DNA of 64,000 nt from Dehalococcoidia bacterium (GCA_963662435.1 OY759598.1:712507-776506); one strand, 5' to 3'. Shown: positions 26,658 through 36,417, counted from the stretch's first letter. The notes: generated by a model from the sequence alone, not told the origin. Numbers and translations: made by a program.

Positions 26658-28550
26658 CTAGGGTTTTGGCATGCGGTAGCCGACCCGGGGCTCGGTGAAG
26701 ATGTATTGGGGATCGTTGGCGTCGTCTCCGAGCTTATGACGCAGCCTAGCAACGACGACGCGCACGAAGTGTCCCTCATCTCTTGTGTAGTCCGCTCCCC
26801 AGACTCTTTGCAGTATCTGCTCATGGGTCAGCACACGCCCGGCGTTGGTGGACAACTCGAAGAGCACTTTGTATTCGGTCGCGGTTAGTTGCACGGGACT
26901 GTTCCCAACCGTCACATGGCGATTCGAATAGTCGATTGTCAGGTCTCCGGCCCGGTAGGGTTCTCGTTCTTCATCCACCGCGCTGCCCGTCCCCTTTCGC
27001 AGGGCCGTTTCGATTCTCGCTAACAACTCCGTCGGGGAGAAGGGCTTGGTGATGTAGTCGGATGCTCCCATTTTGAGCGCGCGCTCTACGCTCTCTTCCC
27101 CACCGCTGCCGGACAGGAAGATCACAGGGACCTCGGATATCTCGCGGAGACTCTTCAGAAGATCGAACCCGCTGGTGCCGGGCAGCTTCACGTCGAGCAG
27201 CACGAGGTGAGGCCGCTCCATCTCGACGAGGTGGAGCATCTCATTGGGGTTGCCGGTGGCAATGGGGAGATACCCGGCGTCTGTGAGGGTGTTCCGAATG
27301 TACCGCAGTATCTGGGGATCGTCGTCTATCGAGAGGACTCGGGTCTGCTCGCCCGCGCTCGTCATCCTGATTCCGGGGGTGGACGAATCTGGCAACTCCT
27401 CTTCCGCATCGGGAGCGATGGGAATCGTGAAGGTGAACCGCGCTCCGGTCCCTTCGCCTCGACTCTCGACCCAGATGCGGCCTCCGTGCGCCTCGACGAT
27501 TCCCTTGCAGATGGCGAGGCCCAAGCCGTGTCCCTCAACGTTCTCTTGGACTTCCTTGAGACCGACCCTTGAGAACTTCCTGAAGAGCCGGGGCAGTTGG
27601 TCTGCCGTCACTCCCTCCCCTTCGTCCATCACGGAGACGGCCAGGTAGGGGTCCTGCAGCGACGCGGTCACCCTGATGGGCGAGGTCGCGGGAGAATACT
27701 TCGACGCGTTGGAGAGAAGGTTGTTCAAGACCTGCGTCACTCGCTGCGAATCCGCCCAGATCGGTGGAAGATCGGGCGGCAGATCGACCTGAACGGTTTG
27801 TCGCGACCCGCCCTGCAGGAACGAGTCCACCGTCTCTTCGACCAGGTCAATCACGTCCGTCGGCTTGAGGTCCACCTCCAGCGCTCCGGCCTCTATCCTG
27901 GTCACGTCCAGAAGGTTGCTCACGAGATCGCTCAGCAGATCGGCCTGCTGGTCGATGGTGTGGAAGAAGGAGCGAGTTTCCGTGGGGCTGAAGGGCCTTG
28001 TGGTGCTCAGCACGGTTGCGGCGGAGCCCTTGATGGTAGTCAGCGGTCCTCGAAGCTCGTGGCTCACCATGGCGAGGAAATCATTGCGCATGCGCTCCAT
28101 CTCCTCCAGGGGCGTCATGTCCTGCATCACGGCGACGGCGGAAACGATGCTCCCGTCATCCGAGTGGATCGGCGTCGCATTGACGAGGATGGTCAGCGTC
28201 CGCCCGTCCGGGCGATTCAGCAGGATCTCTTCCGCCCGCACGACCTCTCCGCGACCGAGGGCCCTCGCCAGCGGACGTTCCTCGTCTTCATACTGCTTGC
28301 CGTCCGTCCGCCGGTAGATCGCCAGCTCGTGATAGCGCACGAGCGTGGAACCCGGTTCCGGGGACATGCCGAGGATGCGCTCGGCCTCCTTGTTGACCGA
28401 TGCGAAGGTCCTCGTCGCGGCGTCGACAACCATGACACCCACGGGCGACGACTCCACCAGCGCCGCCAGTCGACGCCTCTCCGCCTCCGCGCTGAGGAGG
28501 CGCTTCCGCAGATCTTTGATCTCCCGTCTGAGCTCGTCGGCTTCCTGCAA
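26658..28550 (-). CDS. Cytoplasmic PAS histidine kinase fused to a complete OmpR-type response regulator (REC plus winged helix)
   Basis: PAS; H-box MVSHELRGPL; HATPase motifs NLLSNASKY, DEGEGV, GHGLGLAICKGIVEAHGG; REC motifs RVLSIDDD..LVLLDVKLPG..ITKPF; Trans_reg_C motifs LTATEYKVLFEL..EPRVGYRM. No TM segment. The only in-frame start is TTG 28550, because an upstream ATG is followed by TAA (see finding). Confidence 0.8.
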   Translation of the reverse strand: MQEADELRREIKDLRKRLLSAEAERRRLAALVESSPVGVMVVDAATRTFASVNKEAERILGMSPEPGSTLVRYHELAIYRRTDGKQYEDEERPLARALGRGEVVRAEEILLNRPDGRTLTILVNATPIHSDDGSIVSAVAVMQDMTPLEEMERMRNDFLAMVSHELRGPLTTIKGSAATVLSTTRPFSPTETRSFFHTIDQQADLLSDLVSNLLDVTRIEAGALEVDLKPTDVIDLVEETVDSFLQGGSRQTVQVDLPPDLPPIWADSQRVTQVLNNLLSNASKYSPATSPIRVTASLQDPYLAVSVMDEGEGVTADQLPRLFRKFSRVGLKEVQENVEGHGLGLAICKGIVEAHGGRIWVESRGEGTGARFTFTIPIAPDAEEELPDSSTPGIRMTSAGEQTRVLSIDDDPQILRYIRNTLTDAGYLPIATGNPNEMLHLVEMERPHLVLLDVKLPGTSGFDLLKSLREISEVPVIFLSGSGGEESVERALKMGASDYITKPFSPTELLARIETALRKGTGSAVDEEREPYRAGDLTIDYSNRHVTVGNSPVQLTATEYKVLFELSTNAGRVLTHEQILQRVWGADYTRDEGHFVRVVVARLRHKLGDDANDPQYIFTEPRVGYRMPKP

Positions 28551-28980
28551 AGTTACGCCATACCGTTCGTTTCGTTATGCGCCTCTACCGGGACACGACG
28601 GTCGGGATTGTACCACGAACCTTTACATCACAATCATGTGAGGAAGTCCTCAAATTCGATCTCCAGCGCCTGCATCGTGGAAATTTATACAAAACTTTGC
28701 AGTTTTTTGATAGAAACGGGGCAAATTTTTGCGTCCATGTTACATCGACCCCTTATCGTTAAGAGATATCACCCGATGAGAGGAGGCAAGAGATGGAGAG
28801 ACTGCACATACCGCGATGCGCCTGTCGAGGCCCCTGCGGGACGGCGACAGGGGGAGGCCCTCATTCCCGTCCGGCAGGGGCGCATCGACCGACGGAGGTG
28901 AAGACATCAAAAGGAGACGAGATTGAACATCCGAGACCCCCCGAGGGGTAACACGAAGAAAGAAGAAAGAGGAGAAGAAA

Positions 28981-29574
28981 ATGAAGATGCACAAGACCAT
29001 ACTGACGCTGCTGGCGGTGACGCTGGCAATCATCGGAACGACGGCGACGGTGGTACAGGCGGAGGGGCCGGCGGACAGCACTAGCTTCACTAACGTAATG
29101 GACGCCGAGACGACGACGCTGTACAACGAACTCTCCTCGCCTGCGCAAGGCTTGATGGAGCAGATTTGGGAACAGATTGAGGCGACGGCTCCCCAGGAAG
29201 CCTTTGGGCCTCAGGTAGCTCACTACGTTGCTGCGCTGCGTCAGGATCAGGAGGATATAGAGAACGCAGACCCCGCCGTCACTGCGGACTCAAACGGTAA
29301 CTGCACATCTGTAACAATGCACTCAAGTTTAACGAGCGGGTACTCGTCTGCAGTGACTGGATCGTTCGTGTCGTGCGCCGCTCTCAGCGCTAGCATTACG
29401 ATACAAGCGATTCCCGGCGCTGCGGACAGTGACGTGTGTAACAACTGCACACTGGCATTTGCGTATATCGCTGAGCCGCAAGACTACAATTTCTGGTCTG
29501 GACAGAGTGTGCATGAGTGGCAGTATCCCACCGATCTAGAAGTGCTATATCCAGACTGTTGGTGCGGCTACTAG
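28981..29574 (+). CDS. Secreted Cys-rich protein (197 aa)
   Basis: AGGAG upstream. Signal peptide MKMHKTILTLLAVTLAIIGTTATVVQA-EG. Eight Cys in the C-terminal half, ending CWCGY. Confidence 0.6.
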   Translation: MKMHKTILTLLAVTLAIIGTTATVVQAEGPADSTSFTNVMDAETTTLYNELSSPAQGLMEQIWEQIEATAPQEAFGPQVAHYVAALRQDQEDIENADPAVTADSNGNCTSVTMHSSLTSGYSSAVTGSFVSCAALSASITIQAIPGAADSDVCNNCTLAFAYIAEPQDYNFWSGQSVHEWQYPTDLEVLYPDCWCGY

Positions 29575-29667
29575 TAGCGTTCTCCGGCGTCGCACTGTGG
29601 CGACGCCGGAGAATGACTCCTGATACGACTTAAGATTCAGCCATAAGGTGACGTAGGAGATCAAGCC

Positions 29668-30750
29668 ATGACACGACACAAGGTCTTGGAGTTTGTGAGA
29701 ACAATAGTCTGGGGCAGCGTTACTTGTGGTTGCCTGCTATTGGTTGCGATTGGGTGCACAATCAACGGACCGGAGCCAGAGCCGACTAAGTCGGCTTCAG
29801 GAGAGCCAAAGTTGCCCCAAAGTACGCCTGGCATGATGACCGTAATCCCCGGAGAGTTGGAGTCGCTGCTTTCCGGAGACGTTTTGACCAAGTACAGAAA
29901 CCTGCCCGAGGAGTATCGCGAGGCTTTGCGAGCGTATCTCGCATTCGGTGTGTCGCGGGAGTTGGTTCCAACATTGGTGGAGCAGAAGATGGCCCAATGG
30001 CCGCCTTCACCCCCACCCTTGGAGGAATTGCTTGGAAGCGACAGAATTCAGGCCATAGAAAAGATCATTGAGACGGAGATTCGCGAGCCGGTTTCTAAAA
30101 CGTTGCCCTATGCGTCGTTTCTCCTCAACTACTACATCTACGTGCTCAACACTCAAGATACCGTTGCCGGCCAGCGCCAAGCTCTCACAGCACTAGCAGA
30201 CTCGCGATACGGTACGACGAATCGGGCGAAACGCGAGGCCGAGGCATTGGCAGACCACCAGTCCGGCGCGAACCAGACTGAAGTCGAGGCATTAGCAGAC
30301 CCACAACATGGAGCCACGAATCAGGCGGATCAGGTTCCAATGCCGAAACCAGAGTTGGGAAGTATCATCGCCCCCATCGCTCTGTCGCGGCTCAAAGAAT
30401 TGGGACCAAACTTCCGAAGCGTGGTCGAGTCCAAAGACGGCAAATGGCTTCCGCAAGACCCCAGCAGCATAGCCTTCTACCTTCTACACTCCGAAATCGG
30501 ATTGCTGAAGGCTGCCCCCGGCTTGGAGTTGCCTCCCATAGAACCGAGCCTAACCCAGGAGCAGTTGTCCGAGTTCAGGGCAATTTCTCCAACTGTCCAA
30601 GAGCGAGTGGAACAGTCCTATCACGCAACGGTATTCGCAAATATGATCGGTTCGTCCCTGTATGCGACTTCGCCAGCACTGTCATTACCGTCAACGGAGT
30701 CTCTTTCTGACATCGCGTCCAGTGTGTTGAGCGCAGGGAAGAAATTTTAA
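29668..30750 (+). CDS. Lipoprotein with degenerate ~30-35-aa helical repeats
   Basis: AGGAG upstream. Lipobox LLVAIGC. Repeats of the type LSGDVLTKYRNLPEEYREALRAYL and LTQEQLSEFRAISPTVQERVEQSY. Confidence 0.6.
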   Translation: MTRHKVLEFVRTIVWGSVTCGCLLLVAIGCTINGPEPEPTKSASGEPKLPQSTPGMMTVIPGELESLLSGDVLTKYRNLPEEYREALRAYLAFGVSRELVPTLVEQKMAQWPPSPPPLEELLGSDRIQAIEKIIETEIREPVSKTLPYASFLLNYYIYVLNTQDTVAGQRQALTALADSRYGTTNRAKREAEALADHQSGANQTEVEALADPQHGATNQADQVPMPKPELGSIIAPIALSRLKELGPNFRSVVESKDGKWLPQDPSSIAFYLLHSEIGLLKAAPGLELPPIEPSLTQEQLSEFRAISPTVQERVEQSYHATVFANMIGSSLYATSPALSLPSTESLSDIASSVLSAGKKF

Positions 30751-30822
30751 AAATGTAACTGATATGCACTTATGAGCGCTCGGAACCGCCGGAGTCCCAG
30801 GGAGGCCTGGAAGGGTCTCCAA

Positions 30823-30842
30823 AATCACACGATCGTGTGATT
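30823..30842. promoter_or_regulatory. Perfect 20-bp palindrome AATCACACGATCGTGTGATT (operator candidate)
   Basis: Exact inverted repeat 80 nt upstream of the lipoprotein ATG at 30922. An identical copy lies at 36398-36417. Confidence 0.6.
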
Positions 30843-30921
30843 ACAGGCACCGGGAAGTCCGCGTAGCCTGGGATTACAGGGAAGCAGGTTACGATGCACA
30901 CAGAGCAAGGAGGTGACGGAA

Positions 30922-31737
30922 ATGCAACGGATAACGAACATACGGATTTTCTTCATCGTCGCAGTGGTCGTGGTTGCTATGGCGTGTGGAACGTCCTCTC
31001 CTTCAGCGCAGCCCTCCTCTGTGACCAACGCGGTCCCAGCCGAGACGCGAGCCACTCCCGAACCGACTCCTTCGTCTACCCGGACTTCTACTCCCACACC
31101 AATTACGACGGAGATACCGGCGACTCCCGAGCCGTCCGCCTCAATACCGACCCCTGACAGCACCCAACCCGAAACCACGTCAAGCCCCGCGGCCTCCAGC
31201 CATGTGGTCGCTAGTTCCTTAGATGAACTCGTTGACTTTTCGACCCATGTGGTGACGGGCCGCTACACCAACCGGAAGACTGAGATTCACATCCCCAACA
31301 CCGGGCCGGACGGCCAACCGGACAATAGTATCGTCGGAGTCGGGGCCGTCTACACCATAGAGGTCGAAAGCTACCTGAAGGGAGACGGCGGGCGCGAGAT
31401 TCAAGTCGTTCAGATTGAACAGTTTCGGACTCAAAGCCCCGGAGAGGCGGCGAGAGTCTCTGATTTGGAGAACGCAGGCTTCCCGTTTGAACGAGATGGA
31501 CGGTATCTGCTGTTTCTGATGCCGCAGAGACAGGTCGGTAGTATGCCTGATCTCTTCTTGGGGGTAGCACAGCCATACAGGTTCAACCTAACCGCAGGCG
31601 AGGCGAAGGTGGATGGTCCCTTAGGCGATTTGTTCAGAGGTTTGCATGAAGGCACGGAGGCTATATTCCCCGACACCTCCGAGCAATCGCTGGTGGATCA
31701 GGTTCAGGCCATTGTTGCACAAACCCCCGGTCAGTAG
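30922..31737 (+). CDS. Lipoprotein with the conserved 5' cassette and a Pro/Thr linker (271 aa)
   Basis: AAGGAGG then ATG 30922. MQRITNIRIFFIVAVVVVAMAC-GTSSP. The C-terminal domain resembles the 33713-34333 product. Confidence 0.65.
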   Translation: MQRITNIRIFFIVAVVVVAMACGTSSPSAQPSSVTNAVPAETRATPEPTPSSTRTSTPTPITTEIPATPEPSASIPTPDSTQPETTSSPAASSHVVASSLDELVDFSTHVVTGRYTNRKTEIHIPNTGPDGQPDNSIVGVGAVYTIEVESYLKGDGGREIQVVQIEQFRTQSPGEAARVSDLENAGFPFERDGRYLLFLMPQRQVGSMPDLFLGVAQPYRFNLTAGEAKVDGPLGDLFRGLHEGTEAIFPDTSEQSLVDQVQAIVAQTPGQ

Positions 31738-31746
31738 AGGCGAACC

Positions 31747-32408
31747 ATGCAGCATCCTCAAGATGTGTTGCTCTCCCTGCTAATTGCTTCATGGCTTTTG
31801 GTCTCTGGGATCATGTTTGCTTGCAGCGGCGATCCATCCGATCCATGGACGCCGCTGCCGGCCGCGACTGTGGAACCGCTTCCGACGATACCCGCTCTGC
31901 CCGCGCGGACCCCGCGCGTGACTCCTACAGCACCGGTCGCCACACCCACGCCTCCTTCCATCGCACCCGCTCGCTCCCTGCCGCTTCCCAGCCTCCACGC
32001 TCGGCATGAGGGCCTGTATTACCCGGGGGACAGAACGGGAATCTGCTGGCCGATAACGTCGGAGCCGGGCGCTAAGTGTCATCTCATGACCGGTCTGTAC
32101 GCGGGGTGGGAGGGGTTCGACGAGGTTCCCGCGATTCGGCTGCGGGGCGACGAGGAGTTCCGCGTCATCCTGTCGAGCAGCAACACCCCGAAGGATTTGT
32201 TGAAGGTGACGGTCTCAGTGTGTTGGAGGAATCCCCGCGTCTACAGCGCGGGGATTTGCTGTTCGGGGACGACATCCCTTCGCGCGACTTCATAGATTAT
32301 GTATCGCTAGACCTGCCGCCCGGCATCTACTACATGCTGATCCACGCGATCTGGAAAGAAGACCGGGGACACATCTCCTACGGCTTCAAGGTCGAGATGG
32401 TCGAATAG
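31747..32408 (+). pseudogene. Lipoprotein gene with a frameshift near a GTGTGT tract
   Basis: Lipobox GIMFAC. Frame a reads ..EFRVILSSSNTPKDLLKVTVS up to about 32217. The protein-like sequence then continues in the -1 frame (LEESPRLQRGDLLFGDDIPSRDFIDYVSLDLPPGIYYMLIHAIWKEDRGHISYGFKVEMVE, stop 32408). Confidence 0.55.
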
Positions 32409-32538
32409 CCTCGGGCCGTCACGTGAAAACCAGACCTAGGTTCATAGTCTGTAATAGGAAATCGGACATGAACAGGCAACGGCGGCTCCGGGCGCGAGAG
32501 GGCTCGGAACCGCCGGAGTCCTCAGGGAGGTGGCGGAA

Positions 32539-32667
32539 ATGAAGCGGATAATGGACATACGGATTATCTTCGTCGTTATCGTGCTCGTGGTCGCTATGGC
32601 CTGTGGATCGTCCTCTCCTGCGGTGCAGCCCTCGCCGGTGACTAACGCGGTCTCGGCAGAAAACTAG
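32539..32667 (+). pseudogene. Remnant of the lipoprotein 5' cassette (signal peptide only, 42 codons)
   Basis: MKRIMDIRIIFVVIVLVVAMACGSSSPAVQPSPVTNAVSAEN-stop. Homology to the 34935 and 36497 genes ends at about 32686, where the inverted kinase remnant begins. Confidence 0.6.
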
Positions 32668-32687
32668 ACAACCCCCGAAACCCTGCC

Positions 32688-32785
32688 GCCAGTCGACGCT
32701 TCTCCGCCTCCGCGCTGAGGAGGCGCTTCCGCAGCGATTCGATCTCCCGTCTGAGCTCCTCGGCTTCCTGCAAAGTTACTGCCAT
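32688..32785 (-). pseudogene. Remnant of the first ~30 codons of the kinase/regulator fusion gene
   Basis: MAVTLQEAEELRREIESLRKRLLSAEAEKRRLAA compared with MQEADELRREIKDLRKRLLSAEAERRRLAA at 28550. The upstream 300 bp is also duplicated. Confidence 0.7.
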
Positions 32786-33088
32786 ACCGTCCGTTTCGTG
32801 GTGCCCCTCTACCCGGATACGACGGTCGGGATTGTACCACGAACCTTGAACGTCACAATCACATGATGGAGTCCCAAACTTCGATCTCCAGCGCCTGCAT
32901 CGTGGAAATTTATACAAAACTCTGCGGTTTTTTGATGGAAACGGGGCAAGTTTTTACGTCCATTTGATATCAGGCCTGTATCGTGAGGTGCATAACCCGA
33001 TGAGAGGAGGCGAGACGGTGAAGACGAAGGAGATTGAGGATTGAACATCCGAGGCCCCTCTGGGGGTACACAAGAAGGAGAAAGAACA

Positions 33089-33664
33089 ATGAAGTCCACA
33101 AGAGAATCGACTTTGGGAAGGGGATTCGTGGCCGCTATTGTTTCTGCGGCGTTGACTCTCGTAGTCCTGTGGGCCACAACTGGACCGGTCAACGCTTATT
33201 CGCTCCTTGGATGCGAATACGACAATGACTCAATTAGCCCAATCTCCTACCGGTTCTTCTCGGTCAATAGTGCCTATGTAACTGCATTCAGGAATGCAGA
33301 CATTGCTTGGGGCCAAACGTCCGCACCAGGGTACTTTGAAGAACACCCTTGGTCCCTTGATCCTGAGATCAACGTCGTTGACGGTGAGTACTCGGGTTCT
33401 TGGTGGGCTCAGGTAGTCTACACATGCGATAGCGACGGCACATACGATGGAAACGAGGTCGAAGCTCAATTCGACACCGGTGACATGGCGAGCCTTAGCG
33501 CCAATGAGAAGAAACTGGTTGCAGAACATGAGCTCGGTCACGCCTATGGGCTGGGCCACGTCTACAGTGGTTGCCACGTGATGAGACAGGGCACCTACAA
33601 GTTCACCTGTAGTGGCGCGCTTCCGTCCAGCGACGACGTTGCAGGAGTCGATGCAATCTACTAG
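33089..33664 (+). CDS. Small secreted metzincin-type zinc metalloprotease
   Basis: AAGGAGA upstream of ATG 33089. Signal peptide ..ALTLVVLWATTGPVNA. Motif HELGHAYGLGH (HExxHxxGxxH). Confidence 0.75.
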   Translation: MKSTRESTLGRGFVAAIVSAALTLVVLWATTGPVNAYSLLGCEYDNDSISPISYRFFSVNSAYVTAFRNADIAWGQTSAPGYFEEHPWSLDPEINVVDGEYSGSWWAQVVYTCDSDGTYDGNEVEAQFDTGDMASLSANEKKLVAEHELGHAYGLGHVYSGCHVMRQGTYKFTCSGALPSSDDVAGVDAIY

Positions 33665-33712
33665 GAAGAGGAATTCTGAATCTAAGCACGGTTCTCAGCA
33701 AGGAGAGTTGTC

Positions 33713-34333
33713 ATGCAGACATTGATTGCAAATCGTAAGGGGATGGGAGTCACGACCGCATTTGCGGTGTTAGCCTCCGTGCTGGTTGCGACAACGTGGT
33801 TCCTACTACAAGGAGGCGAGAAGGATAGACCTTCTTTTGGCGCCACCCCAGATATGCAAGTGTACTCCTCGATAGGAGAGTTGTCGAAGGCTTCCGACCT
33901 AGTGGTCTTGGGTACAATACGAGGAGTCGAGGCTCGCGAGACTGACTATGGAACGAGCGACCCCAACGAAAAGATTGACCGGATAGGCATTCCAACAGTG
34001 TTCTATGAGGTTGCAGTGACGGAAACTCTGCGTGGTGAGGCAAGTGGCAACATCATTGTAGGCGCGCCAGACGTAGACGAGATTTCGATTAAGGAGGCAA
34101 CAGCTCTACGAAGCGGTCAGCAGGTCCTGCTTTTTCTTAAGAGACAGACGACTGAAGACGCACCTGGCATCACAGCTTATACCGACTTTTACGTGACGGT
34201 GAGCCTGGACAACGGTGTTTTCAATCGTCTGAGTGACGATTCGGTCGAGCCGCGCATGTCTCAAGCCTTTGAAGCAGCAATCTTCAGTCTGGACGAGGTT
34301 AGGGAGCAGGCGCGACGAACATTTGTTCCGTGA
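33713..34333 (+). CDS. Secreted protein (206 aa), related to the C-terminal domain of the 30922-31737 lipoprotein
   Basis: AAGGAGAG upstream, with an N-terminal hydrophobic segment. Shared pattern: ..ELSKASDLVVLGTI..VFYEVAVTETLRGE..QQVLLFL.. here, versus ..ELVDFSTHVVTGRY..VYTIEVESYLKGD..RYLLFL.. in the lipoprotein. Confidence 0.55.
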   Translation: MQTLIANRKGMGVTTAFAVLASVLVATTWFLLQGGEKDRPSFGATPDMQVYSSIGELSKASDLVVLGTIRGVEARETDYGTSDPNEKIDRIGIPTVFYEVAVTETLRGEASGNIIVGAPDVDEISIKEATALRSGQQVLLFLKRQTTEDAPGITAYTDFYVTVSLDNGVFNRLSDDSVEPRMSQAFEAAIFSLDEVREQARRTFVP

Positions 34334-34382
34334 GGTGGTTGAGTTCGCGCGGCGAAGCGCAGCCGACCAAAGGAGCAACCTT

Positions 34383-34793
34383 ATGACTAACGGTTCCGGT
34401 TCAAGAGGATTCTTGTCCGGCCGTGTGGGACCCGTAATTATCGCCGTTGTGGTGACCGGGGTGGTGGTTTTCGTGGCTTGTTTCATGGTTTGGCACAACC
34501 TCGGTGGGGGTGCTTGGCGCAGCGAAGTGAGAGTAATGGAAGCGTACTTACTTGACCCGGACAGGCCGGACAGACTCACACTCGATGTCGCCTCCTGCAA
34601 CGGGGCCCCGCGCGTGTCGTTTCGAAAGACGGACGTCGACGTGCAAGTTAAGGTGATTGCCTTCTCCACTCCCTTCCATGGTGGCGGTGATTGCGATGAC
34701 GACGTTGATGTCTACCTTCAAGAGCCACTGGGAGACCGGGTCGTCGTTGACATGCACACCGGGCAAGTAGTGAGCGTGAGGACAGACAGGTGA
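34383..34793 (+). CDS. Membrane-anchored small protein (136 aa)
   Basis: AAGGAGC upstream of ATG 34383. TM segment VGPVIIAVVVTGVVVFVACFMVW. Confidence 0.5.
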   Translation: MTNGSGSRGFLSGRVGPVIIAVVVTGVVVFVACFMVWHNLGGGAWRSEVRVMEAYLLDPDRPDRLTLDVASCNGAPRVSFRKTDVDVQVKVIAFSTPFHGGGDCDDDVDVYLQEPLGDRVVVDMHTGQVVSVRTDR

Positions 34794-34934
34794 ATGCCTC
34801 GAATATCTGGGATACCCAAAGACCCATATGATAGGCGGAGAAGGAGAAACCACCAGTGTCCCAGGTAAGGACCGCGTAACTTGGGATTACAAGGAAGCGG
34901 GCGATGGTACAAACACCACAGGGAGGTGACGGAA

Positions 34935-36362
34935 ATGCAACGAATAACGAACATACGGTTTGTCTTCATCGTTGTCGTGCTCGTGGTCGTGGCGGCCTGT
35001 GGGACGTCCTCTCCTCCGGTGCAACCCTCGCCGGTGACTAACGCGGTCTCGGCAGAGGCGCAACCAACCCCCGAACCGCCCGCAGAGCCTGAGTTCGAAG
35101 GGACTCTTGAGGGCGACGACCTCGCCAAGTTCCAGGACCTGCCCTCGGAGTTCCAAGACGCCCTGCGGCAGGAGTTCGAGGATGCGGGCGAGGCTAAAGC
35201 GCTCGGTTATCTACGCGGCCTCCCTGACGAGACACCTACGATCTCGGAGATGTTGGATCCTGCGGCTCTTGGCTGGTTCGGCGTGCTACAGCCGTATGAG
35301 CAGCGCTTCCTTCTGCTGGAGGGGTATCCCGAGGTCTACCGAAGGAACGTGCAAGCGAGCCGAGAATTCAAGGGGGTCAAGTTCTCGTACAAGCACATGG
35401 TGGGAACCGTGTTCGACAATCGCGGGGTCAAGCTGCCGCCCATCGAAGAGGCGCTTTCGGCGGACGCGCAGGCGAAGCTCGACTCCATGGACGCGCTCCT
35501 GTCGCGGGCATTCAGGCTTGCGTGGGCCGAAGCAAAGCCCCGCCTGACGGAGGTGGACGATTCGATCAAGCGCGTGGAGGGCGGTCTGCTGACGGCGCCC
35601 AGGGAGATGCCGTCCCTGGCGGAACTGGGCCTTTCCGATGCGAGCATCGCGCAATTCCGCGCGCTTCCAGCCGAGATGCGAGACTGGCTTTGGAAGCAGG
35701 TGGCGCACGAACTGGTCACAAGGGGAAGCCTGAGCACCTACTCTGTCATGCGGGATGAGTACATCCAGGTACTGTCCGAACCCGGTGCCCTGGCGACCTT
35801 CAACCAAGGGATCATGCCGGTGCCAGAATACTCGCACGTGGGAACGACGTTCGCGTGCCTGGGAGGGCCTACCACGTGGCCGGATTCGGTGGCGGCGAGG
35901 ATGCCTGAGAGCTTTGGCGACCGGCCTGCTGTCTACCTTCCGCCATTCGAGGACGCGTTTTCTTCCGAGGCATTGGGCCAGCTGAACGAGCTGGACTCGA
36001 AGCTCCGGGCGGCCTTCGAAGACCGATGGAAGTGGTCCGGACCCTTCTCGCCCCAAAAGGCCTACTGCGAGATATCCAAGCTCGAACGCGGCATCCTCTA
36101 CATCCCCACGACGACCGCGCCCACCGCCGAATCCCTGCTGTCGCGGGAAGGGACAGCCCGCTACGCGACACTCTCCGATGAGTCCCGACAGCAGCTCGAG
36201 CGCGACATTGCGGATTCCATCATTATCGGGTGGGTCCTCGACCCTCGCGGGGGAGGACCCGTGATGTCCTTCAATACCCCTCACGATGAATTCCTGGACG
36301 CGCTTGGGGCCGAGTTAGAGGATCGGATCAAGATATGGGCTGGTAACCCCGCAGATTCGTAG
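34935..36362 (+). CDS. Lipoprotein with the conserved 5' cassette and degenerate helical repeats (475 aa)
   Basis: GGGAGG then ATG 34935. MQRITNIRFVFIVVVLVVVAAC-GTSSPPVQPSPVTNA. Repeats include LAKFQDLPSEFQDALRQEF, IAQFRALPAEMRDWLWKQV and ARYATLSDESRQQLERDI. Confidence 0.65.
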   Translation: MQRITNIRFVFIVVVLVVVAACGTSSPPVQPSPVTNAVSAEAQPTPEPPAEPEFEGTLEGDDLAKFQDLPSEFQDALRQEFEDAGEAKALGYLRGLPDETPTISEMLDPAALGWFGVLQPYEQRFLLLEGYPEVYRRNVQASREFKGVKFSYKHMVGTVFDNRGVKLPPIEEALSADAQAKLDSMDALLSRAFRLAWAEAKPRLTEVDDSIKRVEGGLLTAPREMPSLAELGLSDASIAQFRALPAEMRDWLWKQVAHELVTRGSLSTYSVMRDEYIQVLSEPGALATFNQGIMPVPEYSHVGTTFACLGGPTTWPDSVAARMPESFGDRPAVYLPPFEDAFSSEALGQLNELDSKLRAAFEDRWKWSGPFSPQKAYCEISKLERGILYIPTTTAPTAESLLSREGTARYATLSDESRQQLERDIADSIIIGWVLDPRGGGPVMSFNTPHDEFLDALGAELEDRIKIWAGNPADS

Positions 36363-36397
36363 TGGTTGCGACGTGAAGCGGCACGGAAGGCCGGGAG

Positions 36398-36417
36398 AAT
36401 CACACGATCGTGTGATT
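36398..36417. promoter_or_regulatory. Perfect 20-bp palindrome AATCACACGATCGTGTGATT, copy 2
   Basis: Identical to 30823-30842, at the same distance (80 nt) from ATG 36497. Confidence 0.6.
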
